Shown: positions 37,931 to 51,334 of the stretch, one piece after another
How positions within the stretch are numbered: the first letter of the stretch is position 1
Layout of the letters: each line of letters starts with the position of its first letter
Assembly: GCF_006345805.1 (NCBI RefSeq)
Contig: NC_042999.1
Location: 170,500,001-170,564,000, forward strand
DNA: 64,000 nt
DNA from: Octopus sinensis
Taxonomy: Eukaryota
Direction of reading: 5' to 3'
Notes under the pieces: generated by a model
Database searches by the model: none
What the model saw: only the letters and a program-made list of their open reading frames with translations
Told to the model about the DNA's origin: nothing
Program-made: the position numbers and the translations under genes

Positions 37931-39207
37931 TGAAATTTTTGTAAATTTCATACAGAATCTACTTCGATACTTCACATTTCTGTGTTCCTATCCCCGGACA
38001 GGCGGCGGGGTGTTGGAATCCTTAGACCCCCGGGCCAAATGCTTAACTGTGTTTCTCCCGTCCGTTTGTTCTGAGTTCAAATTCCGCCTAGGCTGACTTT
38101 GCCTTTCATCCTTTCAGGGTCGTTAAAATATGTACAAGTTTAATACTGGGATTGATTACATCGACTTCACTATTTCTGGGTAAAAGCATACAAAAACTGC
38201 ATCCCATTGTCAAGCCATGTTGAGCCAGTGTGGCAGAACAGGCTCATCAAAACAGTTATGACCCCAAGCTCAAATTCATGGCCATCGCATCAGACCGTGG
38301 TTGATGGAGAGGACATGCTGCGGCCCTTGCCCACTCCATTACTCAGACAATATCCACCAAGTAGAAAAATGCTTCTTCTGAAACAGAAATCAATATGCAA
38401 AACAATTAGCAATTTGTACGATAACTAACCAAGCTAAAATTGTATTGATGTAGGCATTTGAAATAGTATTAGATTAAAATACTGATGCGCATAGCATTTA
38501 TAATGTAAATACTAACATGAAGGGCACTAGCTGTCTGGGTGTAATCGTCTCTGAGGAGGCGAAGTTAGGCTGGAACAACATCTCTGGCGAACTATCGATA
38601 TTTTGAATGAGCCTTCTATTTTTAATTTACAAATCTTTGACAAGCTTCTCAATAACAAAATTTTACAATTACTGTTGTCCTACGTTTAAATATACTTTAT
38701 AAATGTTATACGCATCGGCACACACACATACACACACACACAGACACACACAGACACAGACACACACAAGCACACACAGACACACATATGTATATGTGTG
38801 TGTGTACTCATATATATATATATATATAATAGAAATATTAAAATTACTAAGTCTCTCTAAAAGAGAACAACGGCAGCGTTTCCGGAAAATAATAGTTATC
38901 GCCATACTAATATGGCATTCTTATAAAAATAAGAATAAAGCTGTCCGCTTATTAGCTCCATGAGGCCATCGCCTTAAGTTAGCTATTTGATACACAAACT
39001 GTATCCATATAACCTTCGAATAAGAATGCCATATTAGTATGGCGATAACTATTATTTTCCGGAAACGCTGCCGTTGTTCTCTTTTAGAGAGACTTAGTAA
39101 TTTTAATATTTCTATTATTGAAAACAAGTGGATGTATTCCACCGAAGCTAGGTAAATAAAACCTTCGAACAGAGATTGTCAGAAGCGACACCTACTGGTC
39201 TGGCTAC

Positions 39208-39249
39208 GCTACATTGAAAAGGGGCAATACCCCGAAACGCGTCTGTAGC
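39208..39249 (+). ncRNA. type I hammerhead ribozyme, U3-A8 variant, copy 1
   Basis: GCTACA-TTGAAAA-GGGG-CAATA-CCCC-GAA-ACGCGT-C-TGTAGC: 6-bp stem I, 4-bp stem II, palindromic stem III, GUC cleavage triplet (after 39243). Confidence 0.85.
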
Positions 39250-39563
39250 TGCCGGTCAAGTAGCGTGGAGCGACTGACCTCCCTTGTTCGAAGGTTATAT
39301 GGATACAGTTTGTGTATCAAATAGCTACTTAAGGCGATGGCCTCAATGGAGCTAATAAGCGGACAGCTTTTCTTATTTTGTTAGAATGCCATATTAGTAT
39401 GCGATAACTATTATTTTCCGGAAACGTTGCGTTGTTCTCTTTTAGAGAGACTTAGTAATTTTAATATTTCTATTATTGAAAACAAGTGGATGTATTCCAC
39501 CGAAGCTAGGTAAATAAACCTTCGAACAGAGATTGTCAGAAGCGAACCTACTGGTCTGGCTAC

Positions 39564-39605
39564 GCTACATTGAAAAGGGGCAATACCCCGAAACGCGTCT
39601 GTAGC
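39564..39605 (+). ncRNA. type I hammerhead ribozyme, U3-A8 variant, copy 2
   Basis: Identical 42-nt motif 356 bp downstream; cleavage predicted after 39599. Confidence 0.85.
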
Positions 39606-39795
39606 TGCCGGTCAAGTAGCGGGGCGACTGACCTCCTTGTTCGAAGGTTATATGGATACAGTTTGTGTATCAAATAGCTAACTTAAGGCGATGGCCTCAT
39701 GAGCTAATAAGCGGACAGCTTTATTCTTATTTTTATAAGAATGCCATATTAGTATGGCATAACTATTATATATATATATATATATATTATAATAT

Positions 39796-39842
<47 letters not shown>

Positions 39843-39938
39843 TATATATATATATATTATCCTATATATATATATATTATATGGATATGTATTTGTATGT
39901 ATGTATGCATGTGTGCATCTATCTGTCAGTCTCTCTCT

Positions 39939-39999
<61 letters not shown>

Positions 40000-40109
40000 G
40001 TGCGTGCGTGTGTGTATAAAGAAGTTTATACAAGAGCTAATATACGCCATTTTTTACATGGGCTGTGAATAGCTATTACGTGCTTGGGTGTATCATTTTA
40101 TCAGGAATC

Positions 40110-40155
<46 letters not shown>

Positions 40156-40782
40156 CTTTAATGAAAGAAAAAAGAAGCCCACTATCCTGGTTCTATCTTT
40201 TTTGCTGATTTATGATAATTTGCATGTCAACAAAACACTTCCAAAAAGAGCTTACTCAGAGAATACTACCCGAAAACCTTTCTTCTTTGTCTCTTGCTCA
40301 AATATATGCTCAAATAATGTACACACAGTCTATTTATATCAATTCCGAAAGCGGCATAGCACCACGTAATGTTTCAAACGGAATTATTTACAAAGGCGGT
40401 CTTTCCAGTCTTCTCCACGAGTAAATTATAATAAATATAGTTACGAGGACAGCAAATTCTAAAAACACGACCGCTGATTGGTTAAATTAGTAAATCACTA
40501 CGGAAGTTATGTGAAGAAGTGGGGAGAACACACGCATGAGTATCAAATAGTTTTTTCTTATCTACCAACAAACTTTCTTCAAAATTAGGTGTTTAATTGA
40601 ATATTGTGGTTATAATCATTGTTGTTGCCCCACATAACTGCATGTCTTGTTCCTTAATGACTTATTAAACATTGTTGTTAGTGATGTTAAATATTTGTAG
40701 GATTAACAGTCGTGCAAAGAAAATTATTGTCGGCTACAATCCTTTACACTAAAAGAGTTGTAAAGGTGTTCTCGCACGGTGG

Positions 40783-40840
<58 letters not shown>

Positions 40841-40891
40841 CAGAACTCGTTATGTAGTGCGGGTACATCTTGTACATTTAAATAAAAATAA

Positions 40892-41120
40892 ATGAGCCCT
40901 TTTAAAGCCCGGTTTCCCGGTTTCAGTGGCGTGTTTGTCCCCCAGCTGGATGGGACGCCAGTCCATCGCAGCGTTACTCATTTTTGCCGGATGAGTGGAC
41001 TGGGGCAGTGTGAAATGGAGTGCTTTGCTCAAGAGTACAACGCGTCACCCGGTCCAGGAATCGAAACCACAATCTTGCGATCATGATGCTGACACCCTAA
41101 CCACTAAACCACGCGCCTCC
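40892..41120 (-). mobile_element. SINE family C
   Basis: Reverse complement of the 25704-25942 family. Confidence 0.88.
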
Positions 41121-41453
41121 ACTCTTGTACATTTAGTCTTCCTTTATTAAATTAAGGGCAAGTCAGACAGGCGGGGCTCATCCTTCTGCAAGTAAAACAC
41201 ATGCACGGTAAGCTTGAATGACACTCTGGAAAGTTTTAATGCACGCATTGCTTACGGTGATCGTCAAAATCGGTTTCAAATTTTGTCACAAGGATAGATA
41301 TTTCAGGGGCGGAGGAAAGTCGATTGCATCGGCCCCCACCACTTGACTGGTACATACTTTATCGATCCCGAAATGAGGAGAAACGGAATTTGAACTCAGA
41401 ATTTAGCCTGTACTATATCATATATCATTTGCATGTATGTATGTATGTATGTA

Positions 41454-41484
<31 letters not shown>

Positions 41485-41558
41485 ATTTATGTATGTATTT
41501 ATGTATGTATGTATGTATGTATGTATGTATGTATTGCTGGAGACAATGTAGGGCAACT

Positions 41559-41603
41559 GCTGTGCTGATGACGCCTATTGTGGTAGAAGCACGTGTCAAC
41601 AGC
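41559..41603 (+). ncRNA. degenerate type I hammerhead motif
   Basis: GCTGTG-CTGATGA-CGCC-TATTGT-GGTA-GAA-GCACGTGT-C-AACAGC; A15.1 is replaced by G and there are mismatches in stems I and II. Confidence 0.55.
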
Positions 41604-41788
41604 TGTTGAGTTAATCAGACTTTAATGTTAAATCAAATTGGAGCCATTCATGACCCTTTAGATCATCTTCTCTTCTCATTTGTAGCTGGTCTCAAATGCT
41701 ACCAAATAATTGTTCTACCTTTTCTGGAAACGGATATAATTTCAATAAATCAAGAATTTATCTTGCATGGTAGTGTGCATGGGGGTAA

Positions 41789-41825
<37 letters not shown>

Positions 41826-41827
<2 letters not shown>

Positions 41828-42382
41828 AGCTGAATAACCCGTCGTTGCCGGGCAATTTTTATAATAGAATGTCTCATATAAATGTTTGTTTATTCCATAT
41901 CAGACCATGCGTTCTCCGACAGATCGGCTTCTTGATCAGGACAAATTTGTGCAATTTTTCACAAAAAAACTTCGTTGAGGACTTTCCCCTCTTCTTAAAT
42001 TACTTACATGTTTGTTCGACCGTTTCACAAGGCTTTATTCATTAAAACTTATTAAAACTTTAGAAGTTCTTACAACTTTGGTCGTTGTAATGCTTTGCTT
42101 TCGCTTGTTTAATAAAAAGTGCTCCACGTGGTGATTTTGCTTTCAATTTGTGATAAACAGCTATCATGCAGGAAATGCCAGTTTCCAAATCCTGTTTTCT
42201 CATTAGGTAAAACTGATTAAACCCTAAACCTCAGTAACAGTTTCCTGCAATTTTTCTAGAACAAATAAATAACAAAATCAGATTTAATGTGGAAAATTAT
42301 TTCGATATAACAAATTTGAAAATTTGACAATATGCGACAGAAACAGGGAGGACCCTACCAAAGTAGGGAAACAGAGAGTTAG

Positions 42383-42433
<51 letters not shown>

Positions 42434-42701
42434 TTACAAACGTATACATTGGTAATCACGAGGTTTAAATGGTATATAGTAGACATATGTATGTACGTAC
42501 ATATGTATATAGATATATATGCATGTGTGTGTATGTGTGTCTGTGTGTGTGTGTATGTGAGTGTTTTTTTTGCGATTGACAGCAGAAAAGCCTCCTACCC
42601 CCTCTCTCCTTAAAGCTACATATTCCTCACACCCACCTTTCTTTCCCTTCCTCGGCGTTTTAAAAGTTACTTATGTATATGTGCATTTGTGTGTGTGTAA
42701 G

Positions 42702-42735
<34 letters not shown>

Positions 42736-43121
42736 CATGTATCTATGTATTTATGAAAGTGTGTATGCAGCGTCGCGTGTATATCACTGAATGACAACTG
42801 TATTAACGTTACCATCCCATTGCTACTCCATATTTGTCGCTTGCACAACGCTATTCTTCCCTACCCTGATATCAGCCACACTCACTATGTCACCACATTT
42901 CCCTCACACTAACACTCTTTCCCCCTTCTCATTTTATCAAATAATAGCCCAACCCCACTAGGGGGCCCATTATAGATTTTTTATTGAAATATAATTAGCC
43001 TATAATTGAACTGGATGTTAGTTTAACATGTATACAAAGTTCCGTCAAGATATGTTCGCTGGTGTAGGCACCCAGATGGTAACAGACAGAACGACAGACA
43101 GAAATAGCCATTTATGTATAA

Positions 43122-43123
<2 letters not shown>
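41826..43123 (-). mobile_element. non-autonomous Helitron with internal microsatellites
   Basis: Minus strand starts A|TCTTATACATAAATGG and ends CCCG-GCAACGA-CGGG hairpin ... CTGG|T. The two ends could belong to separate copies. Confidence 0.55.
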
Positions 43124-43170
<47 letters not shown>

Positions 43171-43175
43171 GGTAT

Positions 43176-43213
<38 letters not shown>

Positions 43214-43271
43214 CATGGTATAAATATATATGTATATATATATATAATATATATATATATCTATATATATA

Positions 43272-43314
<43 letters not shown>

Positions 43315-44198
43315 ATAGATATATATATATATATATATAGATATATATATATATATGCACGCACACGGACGGACGGACACACACCACCTGCGCTCACACC
43401 TATATACGTATATACATTAAACAGCGTATATGAAGAATTATAGAAGGATATTAAAAAAAATGATAGCCTTTGTTATCTCTTCCATTGTCAGAAAACAGGC
43501 TATTGGCTTGACCTAGTTTCGAAAACTGTCGGATTCATATTCAAAAGTCACGTACCCGTTTCTTTTTATAGTTATTTATATGCACTAAATGTAGCATTTC
43601 ATGTATATCAGCTGTTCTGATTTGCACAATTTAATGCTTTGGTGGATACTGGTTCGTTTTATTAATTTTAATCGTATTTGACAGCATGTAGAGCAATTCT
43701 AAATGTGTACAAAAGAATCTTAATATTTTTAGCCAACCTTGTGAAAATTTGACAACTGTAAACAAAAAGGACCAAAAAGAAGAAAGTGCTCATTACACCT
43801 GGTTTTGGATCCTAGATTTATTGCGAAATAACAAAACCATTAATCAAAGTTTCAAAATATTGCGTTTACCTTCACAAACCCTATAATTATCCCTGCTGTT
43901 GTTTAAGCTTAACCCCAAAGAACTGATATTGTCGGTCTTTAATTTAGGATGCACCTGTGAGTGTGTGAATTATTTATTATTAACCATCACATTTTTCGAT
44001 CCCAGCCCCTTATAGTTTAATTAATTCTTTGTCTTCCTTACAGTTTATAGAAATAATTAAGATCTGCCGTTAGTGTTCACCATAGAGTTTCTATAAGCCA
44101 TCTTGCAAATAAAATCATAGCAATATAAAACGCTACACATATATCGACTCTTTCATTTAATCAATGTTTAAGCATTTAGAAACACCTCTCTCTCTGTT

Positions 44199-44254
<56 letters not shown>

Positions 44255-44279
44255 TATAATATTATAATATATAATAATA

Positions 44280-44500
44280 TACGCACACCTAATACACTGC
44301 ATTTTATCCTCTGGCTTTTTTGTCTTTTTTGTCTTCTTTCATCTTTTCCTTATTTTCTCAGTCACTCTTGTGCCTTCCTCTAATCTGACGAAGGACTATA
44401 TCCGAAGCGTGATGGTTTTATTTTATGATTTTATTCCTTTCATAAACGCCAACCCAATATTAACCCGGAACGTTCCTTTGACTCCTGTTGTTTTTGTATC
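44280..44500 (+). mobile_element. Penelope-like pLTR remnant with decayed HHR (CTGACGAAGGACTATATCCGAAGCGT, 44385-44410)
   Basis: CTGACGA, GGA/TCC stem II, then GAAGCGT for GAAACGT; pyrimidine-rich flanks; follows (TA)n. Confidence 0.5.
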
Positions 44501-44507
44501 TGCGTTG

Positions 44508-44743
44508 CAAAAGTCCGGGCAAGGTTGTTTATGGAAGACCAGCAGTCACCCATGCATACCAGCCTCCCCTGAGTCCGATATAGTTTGGCACAAGTGACAT
44601 CGCAACACATTTCTACAGCTGAGTGAATTGGAGCAGAGTGAAATAAAGTGTCTTGCTCAAGAACGCAACGCGGAGCCCCATCCGGGAATCGAACTTACTA
44701 CCTCATAATTGTGAGTCCGATCCTCTAAACACTGAGCTATGCA
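44508..44743 (-). mobile_element. SINE family D
   Basis: Matches 29003-29350. Confidence 0.8.
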
Positions 44744-45939
44744 TGAGGGTAGAGACGGGATGTTCTTCGCTGGAACATCTTTAAACATATGTATTTTCAA
44801 CTTAATCTGACCTGTGCTTAAACAACAACAACTTCAACACAGTCTGAACGTGGTGTTTTCCTCCTTCAAATGTTTTCATATGACGATACGTTTCTGCCAG
44901 TTTATTTTTGAGGGAATCTTAATTTAGCCGACAATTCCAAGGTATCCGACCAGATTTACAAGAGAGAACCAATGAGGAACAAACCCCAAATCTCTCTGAA
45001 ATCATACCCTGATGTCTTAATAGAAAAACATACGTTGAACGGGGGGGGGGGAGACAGGATGGTTATGACTGGATTGGCTTTGGTTGCAAGTCTACTCGAT
45101 CAGGGATGACTTGAAGCTAATCAACAACATCCACGATCGCTTCCACGCCAACAACAGCTACAACCACATTTTCAATAATACCAGACGCGTGGTGAAATTT
45201 TTTCACGATGTCTAATATTCAAGAGTAAATATTTTTGAAAGGTAACGTGGTCACAACAGCTTAATATTTCCAGTATTTTCGACGAGGGAAAACCATGTCA
45301 TCTAAATGAGTATTTATCAACAAAATATCTTTAAAAGTTTTAGAAAGGAATTACAGTCTTTTTGTTGTTTAACCTGTACATTTTTTTTTTGGAATGTTTG
45401 ACACAAATTCTTGTTGGACAACTTTATGTACACTAAGAAAATTTGTGTTTGCATTTGATGCGTGTGGACAAATATTTTTACGGATGCGATTAAGAATGTG
45501 TGAGTGAAGATAAAAGCAAAACAAAACACCTGCAGCCAATAATATTTTTCTAAACAATTACTCAACTCGAAAAGAATCACGTATGAACATTGCTTAGATT
45601 ATTGTTATCTGTTCTACCTAAGGAGCGAACACATCAATTCAACGAACTTTCCGATCAAATATTATCAAGATTACACACTTAGTGATATTAGAGAACTTTT
45701 ATGCAGGTATTAAGTTATATGTGTAACGTAATGTTTTCTACAAAATCGATGGTGAGTATAAATTTCCATTATTATTTAATTTTTTTCTACAACAAACACG
45801 AATCCATTGATTTCCCCCCTTTTAATAAGAAAAGAATGAAAGGTATAATGTGTTTATATTGCTGCAATTTTCGTCTTACCATTTGTTTATTAATCAATAT
45901 AGTTACTTGATTAATTCTTAATATGTATTGCAAGCTCTA

Positions 45940-46140
45940 AGGTGGCGAGCTGGCAAAATAGTTGTGGCGCTGGAAAAACGAAATGCTTAGGCCCCCCCCC
46001 CCCAGCTTCACATTCGGAGTTCAAATCTAGCCGAGGTCGACTTTGCCTTTCATCATTTCAGAATCGATATGTACTAGGGTCGACGTAATCGACTTTTCCC
46101 TCCTCCGAAATTGTTGTCCTTGTTCCAAAATTTGAAACCA
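45940..46140 (+). mobile_element. SINE family A, decayed
   Basis: GGTGGCGAGCTGGCA head, GAGTTCAAAT, GTCGACTTTGCCTTTCATC. Confidence 0.7.
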
Positions 46141-46618
46141 ATATCTATTGTAAGCTCTTTTTTTTTTCTGCAATAGCTTGTTATAAATGGAATCCATCAC
46201 ACACTTTATAAATATAACAGTCGGATTCATTACAGTTTCCAAAGACACTAAGTTTTACGTTCTTTCGTGAAGAGTTTTAAAGATGATATTTATTTCAAAA
46301 TTGTTTCGCAATAAATAAGATATTCTTATCAATGTTGAGCAGTGGAACAAATAGAAGCTTTCTTGGATTCCGAGTTCCTTTCCCAACCAAGCTTTCCGTG
46401 CAGATATTGACACGTGGATTTCCAAACTATATCGATTTCACCAGTTTTCGTGAAGTGATAGGTCGTGTCTGCTATATATCTCTTATTATATATAAAGAGG
46501 AAGATAAGCTTTCAGCACATATTTTTTTGTTACTCGAAAGTAAACATTTCATTTCCGCTGCCCTTGAGAACAAAGAAAAAACAAAAACAAAACAACAATA
46601 ATAACATACATTGATGCC

Positions 46619-47030
46619 AGGAGTGGCTGTGTGGTAAGTAGCTTGCTAACCAACCACATGGTTCCGGGTTCAGTCCCACTGCGTGGCATCTTGGGCAAGT
46701 GTCTTCTGCTATAGCCTCGGGCCGACCAATGCCTTGTGAGTGGATTTGGTAGACGGAAACTGAAAGAAGCCTGTCGTATATATGTATATATATATAAGTG
46801 TGTGTGTGTATGTTTGTGTGTCTGTGTTTGTTCCCCTAGCATTGCTGGACAACCGATGCTGGTGTGTTTACGTCCCCGTCACTTAGCGGTTCGGCAAAAG
46901 AGACCGATAGAATAAGTCCTGGGCTTACAAAAGAATAAGTCCCGGGGTCGATTTGCTCGACTAAAGGCGGTGCTCCACCATGGCCGCAGTCAAATGACTG
47001 AAACAAGTAAAAAGAGTAAAAAAAAAAAAA
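46619..47030 (+). mobile_element. SINE family B, full length
   Basis: Complete head-to-AGTAAAAAG tail match. Confidence 0.9.
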
Positions 47031-48419
47031 AGAGTATGTATGTATGTAAATCCATAAACTCTATTTGTTCTAATGTCATTAAGATTAAACACAATGTGAA
47101 CATTGATATTGCGAGTAAATTTCGATTTTATCCAATGAATTTATTTGTAGGATAGATTGTCATTCACCAATGATTCGTTTGAGAAAATTAGCCCATGTAC
47201 ACAAAACAGATAAATAGATAAATGAACGAATGAATAAATAGATAAATATATTCAAACTTAAGCCAAAAGGTTCACGACGGGCTTCTTTCAGTTTCCGTCT
47301 ACCAAATCCACTCACAAAACTTTGGTCGGCCCGAGGCTACATTAGAAGATACTTACCCAAGGTGCCACGCAGTGAGATTGAACCGACTGAACTCGGAACC
47401 ATGTAGTTGCGAAGCAAGCTTCTTATCACACAGCCACACCCGCGCCTACACACACACACACACGCATCAGATAATTCCAATGGTCAAAACCCGCGGACGA
47501 GCCATTTGCTTCCCACTTCTGGCTTCGCATAGTTTTCTTACATTTCAATGTGTCACCTGTCTTTATTTATTAAGATTAATGGACAACTTTGTTTAATACA
47601 TTACAAATACTATACAGTTATTCATATCTCATCTCTGTATGCTTATACAATTGTATATGTGTGAGTTGACTATTAGTTTTTATTTTTATTTTGTATGTTG
47701 GTGCCTAGCTCCAGGCCACAGGTCATATCTGATCAAGCAGTTGTATGTCGGATCAAATGTTGCTATTGTTCGGTGGAGCTTGTGATACATACATACATAC
47801 ATACATACATACATACATACATACATACATACATACATACATACATGCATATATACATACATACATGCATGCATACACACATACATATATATATATATAT
47901 ACACATGCATACATACATACATGCATACATACATGCGTACATACATACACACATAGATATATACATACATACATAAGAACCGACAGTATAGTAGAAGCTA
48001 TAGCCACAATGAGAAGAATGGTGGAATGTCGTAGTGAAAACCTCAATAAAATGTAAACATAATAGACGTGGCGAAGTGATTTGGGGTTGAGAAGAGAAGA
48101 TGTGGAGATCCACAACCTTTCTCTCATTTCATTCGTCCTTACGTTCTGAGTTCAAGTTCCGCCGAGGTCGACTTTGCTTGTCATCCTTTCGAGGTCGATA
48201 AAATAAGTACCAGTTGAATACTGGGGTCAATGTAATCGCTTGACCTCCTCCCCTAAAATTTCAGACCTTCTGACTATAGTAGAAAGAATTATTGTTGTTG
48301 TTGTCGTCGTCGTCTTCTTGGCTTTTAACAGGTGGAGAGCTGAACCATCCTGGGGTACAGAGGATCGCAATCTAGACTAGAGTCTGAAAGTTTACCACAC
48401 TATAGTGGGTTACACCATG

Positions 48420-48630
48420 GTTCCTCTGCTTTGTGGCAGAAGTAGGAAGAAAGAGTGAGAGAAAGTTGTGGTGAAAGACGACAGCAGGGTTCACCCCCTC
48501 CCCTGCCGGAGCATCGTGGAGCTTCGGTGTTTTTGCTCAATAAACACTCACAATGCCCGGTCTGAGAATCGAAACCGCATTCTTACGACCGCGAGTCCGC
48601 TGCCCTAACCACCGGCCATTGCGCTTCCAC
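48420..48630 (-). mobile_element. tRNA-headed SINE (further family), 5' half
   Basis: Minus strand GTGGAAGCGCAATGGCCGGTGGTTAGGGCAGCGGAC..GTTTCGATTCTC gives A- and B-boxes. Confidence 0.65.
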
Positions 48631-49499
48631 TGTTGTTGTTGCTGTTATTGTTGATGTTGTTATTATATAAGCTATGATAACTTTGAAAACTGCTGCCACC
48701 TATCATAGATTGTAGTTCTATCAAAAAAGAAATAAAAAATTCTTGGAGATTTTTTCATTGAATCAAGTTCTATACCAGTTCTACAAAGAAGCTCCGTTTA
48801 TCGGTTCCATGAAGAAGCTACTGCGATGTAGAGCCATTGCTCCAACAAATTGCTTTCATTGATATGAAATATGCTGATTTACGTAGCGAAAGTCAACAAC
48901 CAATATCGCACAGCAAATAAAGGCAACAACAGTTGAGTAGAATCTGCCATCAAGATAATTGCCAAAAAATGTGATGCACGATTGAAACAAACGTTATCAC
49001 AATTACACTGAGAAGAGACTGCCTCCACTGCTTGAACAAACGGTAGCCGCTTAAGGACATGGTCGAAATGAATAAAGTATATAAAAAGCTGAAAACACGG
49101 ATGACAGTAAGATAAAAGTTCAGTACTTACACTGAAAAGGCACTCATTGAAAGGACTCTTGTGACACAAATAAATAGAATAAACTACTAACTTGATGTTA
49201 TCTGTGATCAACCAAGTTGGTAAAGGACACCTAGTACAAATTCAAGCACCCAGCTTTTGGACATTAAATGTCTTATTGTGTTGTGTGTTGCAGTCAGCAT
49301 TTACCAATAGGCTGAAACAAAGAGATCGATCCAAATGATAACTCGTGGCTAGTTGATGTTCCGATAGGGACATCAGCAGGGTAACACATTGGAAGTTGAA
49401 TACAAGCAATAGATGCAAAGATAATAATGAATTTACGAACCCCCAACTGCGAGTTTATGATAGTCTATCCAAAATTTGCAGAAGCTGCCGATGAAAGAT

Positions 49500-49720
49500 A
49501 TTCACAGATAAACCAATTTGCCTTAAATGTGAACTACGAATGATATGTCAGAAGCTTTGCTGTTGTCAGAAATTTCATGAACATTCGACGATCAACGATA
49601 AATTTTCCTTAAAACCACAAGTTGCATATCGCAGCATTAAATATCATATTATCAATGCTTATCCCCAGGGTAGTCTGGAATCCTTTAGAGACAGAGTTTG
49701 TGTGGAATCTAGAATATAAA
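49500..49720 (+). pseudogene. very old LINE RT remnant
   Basis: DMSEA (for DxSKAF) at ~49541 and PQGS at ~49664 in the expected order and spacing. Confidence 0.35.
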
Positions 49721-50184
49721 TATACAACTGCATTGCAGGAAGGAACTACGTTGTGAGTTCTGTGAATCAAAAGATATTTTCAGTGAAATTCTGCCGATAA
49801 AAACTATCGAATGGAATAATGATACAAAACTATGGAATGGAAAGTTATATGGAAGAGATTTTAAGATCGGTTGTTAGAGTGAGCTCATGTTTTACAAGGA
49901 AGCTAACCTCATCCTGTTAAAAACACACTGGATTCAATGAACTATCCCGGTTGATAGCAGCATCAACAAAGCACTACATTCACGGTTAAGATTTGTGGCT
50001 AAAAACGTGGAAAAATAAAGTACTGGGCCATAGCATGCTAAAATGTTTTGCCTAAATCAGTCTTTCTCAAGTTTTTTTTTGTCCCATACTCTACTTCAGT
50101 CTCCTCCCCCCCAAAGAAAAACAAAAAAAACATGCACCCAATCACAAGTGGACAGAAATAGTCAAAGATATAATATATATATAT

Positions 50185-50216
<32 letters not shown>

Positions 50217-50597
50217 TCAGCAAAAACAATTAAGATCCAAGTGAATTCCAATGAATTCACATGAATGTGGTACCTAACTTAGATGTACCAGAATTCATTT
50301 ATGGTGTTAACCATAAATAATTGGGGGGATTATAACCAAGAAAAAAGCAACAAGAATGGATTAGTAGTTTAGTACAAGTGTTTCATACTAAGAACAATTT
50401 TATTTGCAGCTTCAAATAAAATTGTTCTTAGTATGAAACAATTGTACTAAACTACTAATCCATTCTTGTTGCTTTTTTCTTGGTTATATATATATATAAT
50501 ATACATATAATAGTCAACAGATGCGAGCAAGGGAATCTCAGGAGGATCCCAAGTAAGCAGATATGGTGACAATGATTCAGATATATATATACATACA

Positions 50598-51154
50598 TGG
50601 TGGCTGCCCCCTCGTTATCGAGTATGGCCATTGCACAAAGCTTAATCAATGTTGTTATCGTGCAATGCCTATGCAAGAAGATTTTTTTTAAAGTGAGGAA
50701 AGGCTGTGCACTGAGTCAATCCCACTCACTAAGCAACAGCAGCCATAATCCAAAAAGAAGAACAAGTCAACATCATCGGTAACCACTGAGCCGCAGGTTT
50801 TATGTCGGAGTTATTCCAGTTACCTGAGTTACCTTCTCCTAGAAGGATGCCCTGACAAAGGCTGGGAGTCCTTCACTCCCAATGGTTTAACCGCGCGATC
50901 GGGTATTCAGTCCGATTATTTCTATGTCCCAGCGCATGATACAGCCTTCAGAGATTTATTGGATGGCCGTTGACTCTCAAGAGTTCCTCCGCCCTTTGAC
51001 GGGTTTTGTTTTTCATCCCGCAGGGTGTCCAATAAACACTCTCCTCACCAAGCTTTCTTGGTGAGGTTGCCAGTTTAGTCGCCGACGACCCGACCATGTA
51101 ACAGGTTGTACTGGGTTACATGTTACCAGTAGCACTCGAAAGTGACCTGACATG
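50598..51154 (-). mobile_element. ~555-bp non-autonomous RTE derivative (5'-UTR-like head + RTE 3' tail)
   Basis: 3' 36 nt identical to the RTE end at 8145-8180; the body matches 8997-9425; no ORF. Confidence 0.75.
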
Positions 51155-51215
51155 AATATATACATACGTACATATATACATACATACATACATACATATA
51201 TTGGAGAAGACAAGC

Positions 51216-51262
<47 letters not shown>

Positions 51263-51295
51263 CAGAGAGAGAGAGAGGAGGAGAGAGCGACAGAG

Positions 51296-51334
<39 letters not shown>

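Larger units (their letters stand above)
38826..39768 (+). mobile_element. retrozyme/Penelope-like non-coding element: inverted 195-bp partial copy + ~2.1 tandem ~357-bp units, in (TA)n
   Basis: TAAGAATGCCATATTAGTATGG recurs at 39021, 39381 and 39736. 38826-39020 is the reverse complement of the unit junction region. Each full unit carries an HHR. Confidence 0.85.

Noticed and set aside
39021-39768. CRISPR-like array
   Set aside because: Whole ~357-bp units repeat with no unique spacers; eukaryotic context.
51060-51154. HDV-like ribozyme at the 5' end of the RTE derivative (minus strand: CATGTAAC/GTTACATG, CCAGT/ACTGG, C-UAA)
   Set aside because: The nested pairing is suggestive, but the P3/L3/P1 segment is ~6 nt too short for the canonical fold; not supportable without a covariance search.
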